Assembly (NCBI GenBank): GCA_019429005.1
Contig: JAHYJR010000004.1
Location: 1-64,000 of the forward strand
DNA from: Nanobdellati archaeon
Lineage (GTDB): Archaea > EX4484-52 > GLR71
Reading direction: 5' to 3'
DNA: 64,000 nt
A program made the translations under genes and the position numbers. A model generated the notes under the pieces. The model saw only the letters and a program-made list of their open reading frames with translations, had not been told where the DNA came from and did not search any database. Positions 39,797 to 48,130 of the stretch are shown piece by piece. Each line of letters begins with the position of its first letter. Within the stretch, counting starts at the first letter, position 1.

Positions 39797-41365
39797 TTAA
39801 TTTTTATTGATTCTATATATAAAATATATTATGGATATTATTAAGAATAAAACAATGATTGATATAAAATCAAATCCTGTATATTTTTCAATTGCAATAT
39901 TAAAATCTTTGAAAGATACTTTTTCTCTGTTATCAAGATAGTTTTCAACTACTTTATCATCTTCTTTAGCACCGGTATTATCTGATAGGCTACTATTATC
40001 TGTAGCTGCATCATCTATATCTTCTGATAATATGATTGAATCTGATTGTGATGATATGCTTTCACCCCCTGAGATTACAGAATTATTACCAGAGCTAGGC
40101 TCTTCAAAAGTATAATTCTCATATATAGGATTTGTTGATAAGAAATACATATCGCCAGCATAGGTTCCAAATAAAATATCTGGATAAGTATCATTATCAA
40201 TATCTACAACTACTGGCGATGAGATAATCCTATCTGATGATAAATAAGACATTAACTTATTACCAAATCTATCAAGAACATACAGATTTTTATCTGATGA
40301 ACCTATCACAATTTCTGAAAAATTGTCTGAATTTATATCAACTATTGTAGGTGAAGATATAACTTCATCTAAAGTGCTAAAGTTCCATATTAAAGAACCA
40401 TTTATGTCAAGAGCATATACACTATAGTCATTTGAACCAAAAATGATCTCATCAAAACCATCCTTATTTATATCATGCACTGCTGGAGATGAAAGAATCC
40501 TTGAACCTGTTGTATAGTTCCAGATCTTTATCCCATCTGATGCATTTAATGCATATAGATTGCTATCATCTGAACCTATATATACTACATTATCCTTATA
40601 TGCAGCCGTATTAAATATTATTTCATCTGTATAAAATTGCCATAAAAGGTCACCGTTCAAGATATCTATTGCAAAAACTGTATTATTTTCAGAACCTATA
40701 ACCATATAATCTGATACACCAACACTAAAAATTGTTGGAGATGAGAAAAATACAGGACCTGTCGTAAAATTCCATAAAAGATTACCATCTTTATTGAGTG
40801 CATAAACTAAACCATCACTTGATGCAAAAATAATTTCAATAGAGGATGCATTATTTGTAATAACAATTGGTGATGAATGTATTATGTTTCCAGTTTGAAA
40901 GTTCCAAAGAAGTGTTCCATCAATACCACTAACAGCATAAAGGTACGCATCATCAGAACCAAAAATTACATCATCAACTCCATCATTATCAATATCATAA
41001 AGTGCTGCTGAACCTATAACTCTACCTGCTGTATTGTAACTCCAAAATATGGTTCTGTTAGGTTTTAAAACATATAATGAATTATCATGCGAACCGACAA
41101 CCATCTCATAAACACTATCATCATCAAAATCAGATAGTGTTACTGATGAATCAATCTGACGACCTATATTTAATTTCCATACCAAATATAAATTTTCGGA
41201 ATAATTATCGAAAGATGCATTAATATAGCCCGTACGGCTTTCTGAAAATCGATAATCTTTGTATTGATCTGTATCTGCTACCGCCAAATTTGATATAAGA
41301 ATAAATGCAAATATTGAGAACAATATAATATATTTTTTAATAATAATTGATAATCTGTTTACCAT
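39797..41365 (-). CDS. Secreted, membrane-anchored PQQ-like/FG-GAP beta-propeller protein
   Basis: Signal peptide, repeated SSP..DI..DG..EI.FGS.D..LYAL...G...W.F units, C-terminal TM helix. Confidence 0.88.
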   Translation of the reverse strand: MVNRLSIIIKKYIILFSIFAFILISNLAVADTDQYKDYRFSESRTGYINASFDNYSENLYLVWKLNIGRQIDSSVTLSDFDDDSVYEMVVGSHDNSLYVLKPNRTIFWSYNTAGRVIGSAALYDIDNDGVDDVIFGSDDAYLYAVSGIDGTLLWNFQTGNIIHSSPIVITNNASSIEIIFASSDGLVYALNKDGNLLWNFTTGPVFFSSPTIFSVGVSDYMVIGSENNTVFAIDILNGDLLWQFYTDEIIFNTAAYKDNVVYIGSDDSNLYALNASDGIKIWNYTTGSRILSSPAVHDINKDGFDEIIFGSNDYSVYALDINGSLIWNFSTLDEVISSPTIVDINSDNFSEIVIGSSDKNLYVLDRFGNKLMSYLSSDRIISSPVVVDIDNDTYPDILFGTYAGDMYFLSTNPIYENYTFEEPSSGNNSVISGGESISSQSDSIILSEDIDDAATDNSSLSDNTGAKEDDKVVENYLDNREKVSFKDFNIAIEKYTGFDFISIIVLFLIISIIYFIYRINKN

Positions 41366-41445
41366 AGAATAAATTTGTGCAAGATTAATATATATTAATT
41401 ATATAAGAAGAATACAATTTTAGTTCAAAAATATATAAAGAAAAA

Positions 41446-41469
41446 TAAGGTCTTAATTAAAAGACCTTA
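41446..41469 (-). terminator. Hairpin plus T-tract terminator after MC1
   Basis: TAAGGTCTT-6nt-AAGACCTTA inverted repeat followed by TTTTTCTTT on the minus strand. Confidence 0.55.
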
Positions 41470-41483
41470 AATATAAAAAAAAC

Positions 41484-41759
41484 TTAAAGTTTAGCTATCT
41501 TTTCTATTTTGATTTTCTTAACAACGGGTTTCCATATTTTTGCTGCCATCCAATCAGGTCTATTAGCAGGTGCATCTACTTGTTTTCTTCCACCTTTAAA
41601 ATAGTGTATCTTTTTAGTGCCTCTTTCTCTAAGCTGAATATCAGTATACCCTCTATTTGCAGCTTTTAATGCAGCTTGTCTTGGCTGTCTACCTGAGAAC
41701 ACAGCAACTTCTTTGCCTTTCTCCCTAAATGCAAAATATCTTTTTCCAGATTTTACCAT
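41484..41759 (-). CDS. Non-histone chromosomal protein MC1
   Basis: R.FA.R, VFSGRQPRQAALKAANRG, I.LRERGTKK.H.F.G, P.WM...IWKP.V.K; GGAGG RBS. Confidence 0.95.
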   Translation of the reverse strand: MVKSGKRYFAFREKGKEVAVFSGRQPRQAALKAANRGYTDIQLRERGTKKIHYFKGGRKQVDAPANRPDWMAAKIWKPVVKKIKIEKIAKL

Positions 41760-42048
41760 TTTTTAACTACCTCCAAAAACTATGCAGACACGTAAAATGC
41801 ACTGCACTGTATTTATATTTGCTTTTTGAGGATATAAAGGTTACCCTTAGTGTTTTGAGTTATATATAAAGTTTTTGGTTTTAAGGGTGTTTGATTCGTA
41901 ATAAAATGAGTGTTTAACAAAAACCAATCTTAGAAAATGCATGGTAAATAATACATATTTTTTATGATTTTATATTATAATATTATTTTTTTGAATGATT
42001 TTGTTTGAAAGATTACTTATTTAATAAAAATTATAATCTGTGATTATA

Positions 42049-42417
42049 CTAATTTTCTACTTCATCTTTAAGATCAATGCCACCTGCTAATTTATTTGCA
42101 TGATTGCCTTTTGTCAAATCATGCGGAAATCTTTTCCCATACTCAGCCATGACCTCATCAATTGCTTCTTTTGAATTAACATCACAAAGATATGATACTT
42201 TCATTATAAGGTACATCATATCACCTATGAAATTTTTAACATCATCATGATTTTCTGCAATCAGCTTCTGTTGTGTTTCAACATCAACCCATTTAATTAT
42301 GTTCCAAAACTCGCCAATTTCCTAATTCATATTTAAAAGCAAATCTTTGATAGAACCTGGTGTGTTACAATCACGCTCATCATTAAACTTTTTTATAATA
42401 TCTTGAGTATTTTCCAT
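42049..42417 (-). pseudogene. MazG-like nucleotide pyrophosphohydrolase with in-frame TAG (42322-42324)
   Basis: Hand translation MENTQDIIKKFNDERDC..DLLLNMN*EIGE..IGD..; the stop replaces the first Glu of the EExGE motif. Confidence 0.8.
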
Positions 42418-42486
42418 AAATAAGATAAGATATTTATGTATTTAAGGTTTTTGTACCAGTTCTAAAAATAACAAAATCAATTTCTC

Positions 42487-42854
42487 TTAAAAAAAAAGCC
42501 AACTATTTTGTTTTCCAAATTTAGTTTTTATCAGAGCATAAGGACCTTTTAATTTTTGACCACTTAAATTAAACAAAATCTCTTTATCTTCAAACTTTTC
42601 TAATACAAATGTGCCGTTATCCCAAATTACCACACTACCCGCACCATATTGACCTTCAGGGATTGTACCCTCAAAAGATGCATATTCAAATTGATGGTCT
42701 TAGACCCCCCTATTGCAAGACGTTTAATACCACTATTTGTTGGAGGTTCTTTAGGAATAGCCCTGCTTTTGAGTAAACTATTAAGCTCAAGTCTAAAATC
42801 ATAATGCACGTGCGTTGCTTTGTGCTCATGCACTACAAAAATTGGATGTTTTAT
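42487..42854 (-). pseudogene. Stand-alone LigD 3'-phosphoesterase (PE) domain, disrupted
   Basis: FVVHEH.A...HYDFRLE, KRLAI, frameshift in a G run at 42705-42710, V*DH (for VEDH), FEGTIPEGQYGAG.V.IWD; ATA at the expected start. Confidence 0.88.
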
Positions 42855-42972
42855 ATTAAAAAACGTCAGAAATATCTTGTTTAACCAAACTTTTTGAAGT
42901 CATAGGATTCTTTGAATTATTAAAAACCACCATAATCCACCATATTATTTTTATAGTCATATAAAAATTATA

Positions 42973-43629
42973 TTAAATATTAAATGTAAACGCTGAAGGA
43001 CAAATAGCATTTAATTTACATAGCACACATTTAGGCTTCCTTGCTGTACAGATTGTCCTTCCATGTAAAATCAAAAGATTTGAGATATTTTTCCATTCAT
43101 TCTTTGGCACAAGCAATAACAGATCAGTCTCAATCTTTACTGGATCATCATATACTGTAAGACCTAAACGTATTGAAATCCGCCTTACATGTGTATCTAC
43201 AGCAACCCCTTCAATAATACCATAACCTTCTGAAAGAACTATGTTTGCAGTCTTTCGTGCAACACCTGGAAGTTTCAACAAGTCGTTCATATGTTTTGGT
43301 ACACAAGAATCAAAATCAGTATATATCATTATAGATGTTGCTTTTATGTTTTTTGCTTTAGTTCGATAAAAGCCAGTTGATTTTATACCCTGTTCAAGCT
43401 CATTCAAATCAACATCTATAAAATCCTTAATAGAACTATATTTATTAAAAAGGTCTTTTGTCACAATATTGACTCTTTTGTCTGTACATTGAGCTGAAAG
43501 CATTGTTGCAACAAGAAGTTCAAAAACATTAGAATGTGTAAGTGCTGTTTTAGTTAGACCATATTCTTGTTTTAAACTAGATAATATGGATTTTAAACGT
43601 TTTTTTTTAGCTTCAAATGATTCTTTCAT
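42973..43629 (-). CDS. nth: Endonuclease III
   Basis: LSAQCTD, LPGVARKTAN (HhH), AVDTHV, CTARKPKC..C.....C. Confidence 0.97.
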   Translation of the reverse strand: MKESFEAKKKRLKSILSSLKQEYGLTKTALTHSNVFELLVATMLSAQCTDKRVNIVTKDLFNKYSSIKDFIDVDLNELEQGIKSTGFYRTKAKNIKATSIMIYTDFDSCVPKHMNDLLKLPGVARKTANIVLSEGYGIIEGVAVDTHVRRISIRLGLTVYDDPVKIETDLLLLVPKNEWKNISNLLILHGRTICTARKPKCVLCKLNAICPSAFTFNI

Positions 43630-43749
43630 AGATATATTTAGTTACAAAAAATATTAATACACACCTTATAAGTTGTAAATATTTTTAAATATAGGGCACA
43701 ATATAATTATGTAATTTAATCTAACGATAGCAATACTTAAGATGATTCT

Positions 43750-44379
43750 ATGAAATACAAGAACATTAATATTGAATGGCTCGGTCATGCTACATTTAAA
43801 ATAAATACCGAAAGAGGTCTTGTAATCTATACAGATCCTTTTAACATAAAAAATGGTGAACAGGCCGATATAATTCTTATAACACATGATCATTATGATC
43901 ATGCTGAAAGAGAAAGTATGAATGTTATAGTAAAGGAAGGAACCACTATAATAGGACCTACACCATGCCTCAAATCAGGATATAGTGTTAAACCTATTAG
44001 TAATGGCGAAGAAAAAAAAATAGAAAATATTAAAATAACAAGCATTCCCGCTTATAATATTTCAAAATCATATCACCCTAAAGAAAATGAATGGGTTGGA
44101 TTTATAATAGATATAAACGGCACAAAAATCTATCAAGCAGGTGATACTGACAGGATACCTGAAATGCAAAATATTGGAAACATTGATATTGCAATACTTC
44201 CAATAGGCGGTACATTTACAATGGATGAGGTTGAAGCATCAAAAGCTGTATCTGATATATGTCCTAAAATCGTAATACCAATGCATTACGGTACAGTCGA
44301 AGGAACAAAGGGAGATCCTGAAAAATTCAAAGAACTCGTTATAAAGGATAATCCGGGTGTTGAGGTTTGGATATTTTGA
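43750..44379 (+). CDS. Metallo-beta-lactamase-fold hydrolase
   Basis: WLGHA, THDHYDH, AGDT, LPIGG, PMHYGT. Confidence 0.92.
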   Translation: MKYKNINIEWLGHATFKINTERGLVIYTDPFNIKNGEQADIILITHDHYDHAERESMNVIVKEGTTIIGPTPCLKSGYSVKPISNGEEKKIENIKITSIPAYNISKSYHPKENEWVGFIIDINGTKIYQAGDTDRIPEMQNIGNIDIAILPIGGTFTMDEVEASKAVSDICPKIVIPMHYGTVEGTKGDPEKFKELVIKDNPGVEVWIF

Positions 44380-44579
44380 ATTATTGATATTAATTTATAC
44401 CAAAAATTGCATTTTTTTAATAAATATCTCAAATTTAGATACATAAAAATCATAAATTAACGTCAAAAACACATTTATTACCCAAACATTTAAAAAGAAA
44501 AGATATACATTCTTATAAAATATACTAAATAAAAAAATAGAAATTTATTTTTCTATTAAAAATTTAGGAGTAGATTAAA

Positions 44580-44771
44580 ATGGAAGGAACAGTAAAATGG
44601 TTTAATAGAGATAAAGGCTTTGGCTTTATCGAGGGCGAAGATGGCGAAGATTATTTTGTACATCACAGCGCATTAGAAGAAGGAGTAAACTTAAACGAGA
44701 ATGATAAAGTGTCTTTTGAGTCAGCTGATGGCGATAGAGGCAAAAAAGCTGAAAATGTAAAGAAGGTTTAA
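44580..44771 (+). CDS. Cold-shock protein
   Basis: GTVKWFN..KGFGFI, DYFVH; AGGAG RBS. Confidence 0.97.
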   Translation: MEGTVKWFNRDKGFGFIEGEDGEDYFVHHSALEEGVNLNENDKVSFESADGDRGKKAENVKKV

Positions 44772-44805
44772 TTTCTTAATTTTTAGATATATTCTTTTGA
44801 TTTAA

Positions 44806-44837
44806 AATGCCCAATTTATTGGGCATTATTTTTTTTT
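44806..44837 (+). terminator. Hairpin plus T-tract terminator after the cold-shock gene
   Basis: AATGCCCAA-TTTA-TTGGGCATT followed by a T run. Confidence 0.7.
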
Positions 44838-44948
44838 ATACAAGCATTATTTTTGATTATAATACTAAATATATTTTATATTATAAAATTACATTTAGCT
44901 TAAAAGCTATACATTTATAAATATTTAGGGTTAATGTTTTTTTAAAAT

Positions 44949-45073
44949 GCCGAAGTGGCTCAGCCTGGTTAGAGCGCTAGACTCATATGCGTATGAGTGA
45001 TGACTACAATTGTAGGATGATATGTTTGCGCTAAGAAATCTAGAAGCCGCGGGTCCAAATCCCGCCTTCGGCA
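44949..45073 (+). tRNA. Elongator tRNA-Met(CAU) with 50-nt intron (44988-45037) at position 37/38
   Basis: GCCGAAG/CTTCGGC acceptor, CTAGA-CT-CAT-A...A-TCTAG anticodon arm, BHB (CTCA/TAAG helix with one mismatch, GCGTA/TGCGC outer helix); T-loop reads TCCAAAT; no encoded CCA. Confidence 0.92.
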
Positions 45074-45170
45074 CTACTTTTTTTTAAATTTTTAAATATA
45101 AAATCATAGATTTTAAAATATAATATAAAAAGATTATTCAAAGATATTGACAATACTTGATATACCACAC

Positions 45171-45932
45171 TCAAACCATCCCAGTAAGGCCTTTAAATAC
45201 ACTCTTAAGCCCTAACACTATTGAATCTTCGCAGCCATAAGATTCAATCTCATTCGTATCTGTATGATACACTAGACGTTTTAAGTCAAGGTCTTTAGGA
45301 TTATCCAATTCGATATGACTTTTGTCAAACTCAGATTTCTGGAGATGATATATTTCAAGCTGTTTTGCATTTGATGTTGTCAGATTAGGATTATAAATCC
45401 GCGCTTCAAGACTAGCTTTTACAGTGTCTTCACCACAGACAACCTGAAGCAGATAAATCTCATCCAAACCATTACTTGATGCGATAGAATATGCTCTATC
45501 CCTAAGAGACTTATTTGAAAATATCGCATCAAATATGACACTATATCCACAGGATAAATAAGTATCAAGTAAATTGAAAGCAGAATCATAAACTTTAGCT
45601 TTTTGAATTTTTATCTGATCCAAACACATACCAACAATCGCTTTAGATTTATCACTACCAATTGTCCTTAACAGGATTAGAACTTGCTGGAAATCAATTA
45701 ACTCAAGATCATTTGAATTGAACCATTCATTTACTATTGGTATTATTGATGAATCAACAAAACCAATTGATTTATAATCAAACTCAAGAGGAAACATATC
45801 TTTTCGCAAGTCATCTGTCGTTATCAATTTAGCATCTATTGTATTTTTTAATTCATTTGAGACTGTACTTTTTCCTGAAGCCATATAACCACAGACAAGG
45901 TAGAGATTAGCTTTATTTTTTGAGGATACCAT
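45171..45932 (-). CDS. P-loop kinase (AAA_33/gluconate-kinase-like)
   Basis: CGYMASGKST, TDDLRK, VIFDAIF...R. Confidence 0.8.
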   Translation of the reverse strand: MVSSKNKANLYLVCGYMASGKSTVSNELKNTIDAKLITTDDLRKDMFPLEFDYKSIGFVDSSIIPIVNEWFNSNDLELIDFQQVLILLRTIGSDKSKAIVGMCLDQIKIQKAKVYDSAFNLLDTYLSCGYSVIFDAIFSNKSLRDRAYSIASSNGLDEIYLLQVVCGEDTVKASLEARIYNPNLTTSNAKQLEIYHLQKSEFDKSHIELDNPKDLDLKRLVYHTDTNEIESYGCEDSIVLGLKSVFKGLTGMV

Positions 45933-46032
45933 AAAAAAATCAACCTCAATAGTTTTCAAGACTTTTCAATCCATAAGTCTTTGATATTCCAAAATATGGC
46001 GGATATCTTATGTAATTTACCAATAATAAACC

Positions 46033-46260
46033 CTAAAAAAGCAACAAAATAATCAAGATAAATAAAATTACAAACATAAATAAACCGATAAGCATCAGTG
46101 AATCATTTACAGAGACTAGTGGATCATCTGCTTTTTTAAGATATATTGTTTTACCAACTTTTTCAGAAAAAACCCAACCTTCAGATTCACGTTTTTTTAA
46201 GATACCCCGATAATTGATATTGTTCATATCTATAGTGATAATATCATCTGTATTGGCCAT
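46033..46260 (-). CDS. Small C-terminally membrane-anchored protein
   Basis: 75 aa, hydrophobic C-terminal helix, TATA-like element upstream. Confidence 0.6.
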   Translation of the reverse strand: MANTDDIITIDMNNINYRGILKKRESEGWVFSEKVGKTIYLKKADDPLVSVNDSLMLIGLFMFVILFILIILLLF

Positions 46261-46488
46261 AATATAATATTATTAATGATGCTATTTATAATTTTTCATT
46301 TAATAACATTAATTGCATCAAAAGGTATATTTTAAAACCAATAACATTAATAACACTAATTTAAAGTATATACTCGAAAAACTATTTTATAATACATAAA
46401 AGATTATATAGAGCCATACTAAAATAATTAATACGTATTTATTTACGTAAATTGATTTTACAAAAAACTTATGTTTTTTGATATCTTA

Positions 46489-46535
46489 AGGGGATATTAT
46501 CTTGGGTTAGCTCAATAATACCCCTAAAGACCCAA
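46489..46535. ncRNA. Candidate structured RNA (H-type pseudoknot)
   Basis: AGGGGATATTAT/ATAATACCCCT stem; loop TTGGGT pairs with downstream ACCCAA. Confidence 0.4.
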
Positions 46536-46720
46536 ATACTTCTTATTTAATTTATAGATATTAATTATTTATTTACAACCAATGTTGTTAAATCATATTT
46601 AAAATAGATAAAAAAAAAGATTAAAAAATAGATACAAAATATCTTAATTAAACGTAATTACCTACAAAAAGTGTTAAATAAAGATATAAAAAGTAAAATA
46701 TAATAATATTATAGATTAAA

Positions 46721-47488
46721 ATGTTACGAAAATTTACAGATATGCATATACAATCAAATTTATCAACTGGAACAAGCTCAGTTGAAGAGATTATAAGATT
46801 TGCAGAAAAACTCGAATTAAACAGAATTGTGCTTGTAGATTACATAGATAAAAAAACAAATTTGAAAACTATTAAAGATGAAATAAACAAAGTCGAAACA
46901 AACATTGAAGTACTTATTGGAGCAAGCATACATGCAAAAGATAAAACATCTATGAATAAACAACTTAATAATGTTCGAGATCTGGTTGATATAGTACTAG
47001 TACATGGAGGCTTAATTGATATCAATAGAGCTGCAGTTGAGGACCCTCGAGTTGATATACTTGCATACCCTGAGCATGAGCGTACTGATTCAGGTTTTGA
47101 CCACATTATGGCAAAATATGCTGCTGAAAATAATGTTGCAATTGAAATTAATTTTAGAGATTTCCTTTATTCATATAAAAGAGTTAGAGCAAAAATTGTA
47201 AGTAATATGAGACTAAATGTTAAGTTAGCAAAAAAATACGGTGCACCAATACTATTATCAAGTGGTTCCAAAAATATCAATGATATGAGACCAGCAAGAG
47301 AACTTTCAGCCCTTGGTGTAATCCTAGATTTAAATCTTATAGAATCACTAGATTGTGTCTCAACAATACCTGAGAGGATTATTGAACATAACAAAAAAGT
47401 TAGAAGTAAAGAATTTATAATGCCTGGACTTAAATTAAAAGAAAATAATCAAAATAATATTGAAGGTAAAGATAAAGATGAGAATTAA
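46721..47488 (+). CDS. rnp3: Ribonuclease P protein component 3 (Rpp30)
   Basis: PHP-like fold, INRAAVED.RVDIL..P, DH..AK.AAENNVAIEINF, SSG....D.R..R; adjacent to Pop5. Confidence 0.93.
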   Translation: MLRKFTDMHIQSNLSTGTSSVEEIIRFAEKLELNRIVLVDYIDKKTNLKTIKDEINKVETNIEVLIGASIHAKDKTSMNKQLNNVRDLVDIVLVHGGLIDINRAAVEDPRVDILAYPEHERTDSGFDHIMAKYAAENNVAIEINFRDFLYSYKRVRAKIVSNMRLNVKLAKKYGAPILLSSGSKNINDMRPARELSALGVILDLNLIESLDCVSTIPERIIEHNKKVRSKEFIMPGLKLKENNQNNIEGKDKDEN

Positions 47489-47831
47489 AAAAATGCCATC
47501 AAACAATGAGCGAACAAGATATATAGTATTTGAAATATTATCAGAAAACACATTTGAAGCATCAAATATATTTCATGCAGTATGGAACTCAAGTCTTCAG
47601 CTTTTTGGAGATATAGGCACTTCAGAGTTATCAATGGCATTCTTATCAAACCTATATAATAAAGAAAAAAAGATGGGTATTTTAAAATGTAATAATGAAT
47701 CTGTAGAAAAAGTTAGACTTATTATTGCAAACATAAAAACAATTGAAGAACACCCAATTGTTATAAAAACTGTAGGACTTACAGGAACAATTAATTCAGC
47801 AAAAAATAAGTTTTTAAAAACAAAATCATAA
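47478..47831 (+). CDS. rnp2: Ribonuclease P protein component 2 (Pop5)
   Basis: RYIVFEI, LFGD.G, GILKC, GLTGTI. Confidence 0.93.
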   Translation: MRIKKMPSNNERTRYIVFEILSENTFEASNIFHAVWNSSLQLFGDIGTSELSMAFLSNLYNKEKKMGILKCNNESVEKVRLIIANIKTIEEHPIVIKTVGLTGTINSAKNKFLKTKS

Positions 47832-47939
47832 AAAAAACGTAATTTAAAACAATAATTATAAATATAATATTAAAATATATACAAATTGATATCTATTTGA
47901 ATTAATACATATCACTATAATAATATATATATAGTATTA

Positions 47940-47957
47940 CCGAAAACTATATAAACT
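47940..47957 (+). promoter_or_regulatory. Strong BRE-TATA promoter with no downstream protein gene
   Basis: CCGAAAAC-TATATAAA-C matches the archaeal BRE plus TATA consensus. Confidence 0.6.
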
Positions 47958-47973
47958 TGGAAAACACATGAAT

Positions 47974-48020
47974 ACCTACCTGGATTAGGTGGGTGGATTG
48001 CGAAGCTTTCCACTCAACCA
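47974..48020 (+). ncRNA. Candidate small RNA with minihelix ending in ACCA
   Basis: TGGGTGGA/TCCACTCA stem, then ACCA, then a T-rich tract; lies downstream of the BRE-TATA. Confidence 0.4.
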
Positions 48021-48130
48021 CATCTTTACTTCTTTAATCAAAATAATTTAAAAAGCTTTAAAAACCCAATATTTTAATTGATTATTTTTAAGATTAAGTA
48101 TAAATAAAAAATATACAAAAACATAGAATT

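Noticed and set aside
42322-42324. Pyrrolysine or genome-wide stop-codon reassignment
   Set aside because: TAA, TAG and TGA all end intact genes in this window (e.g. TAG ends tbp and nob1), no pyl genes are visible, and the position needs an acidic metal ligand
47968-47988. Six-codon ORF MNTYLD after the strong promoter
   Set aside because: The ATG is only about 12 nt from the TATA box, upstream of the expected transcription start
46489-48020. Split or minimal RNase P RNA, or SRP RNA
   Set aside because: No GAGGAAAGUCC-like P4 region, no ACAGAA..GCUUA region and no SRP helix-8 motif in either element
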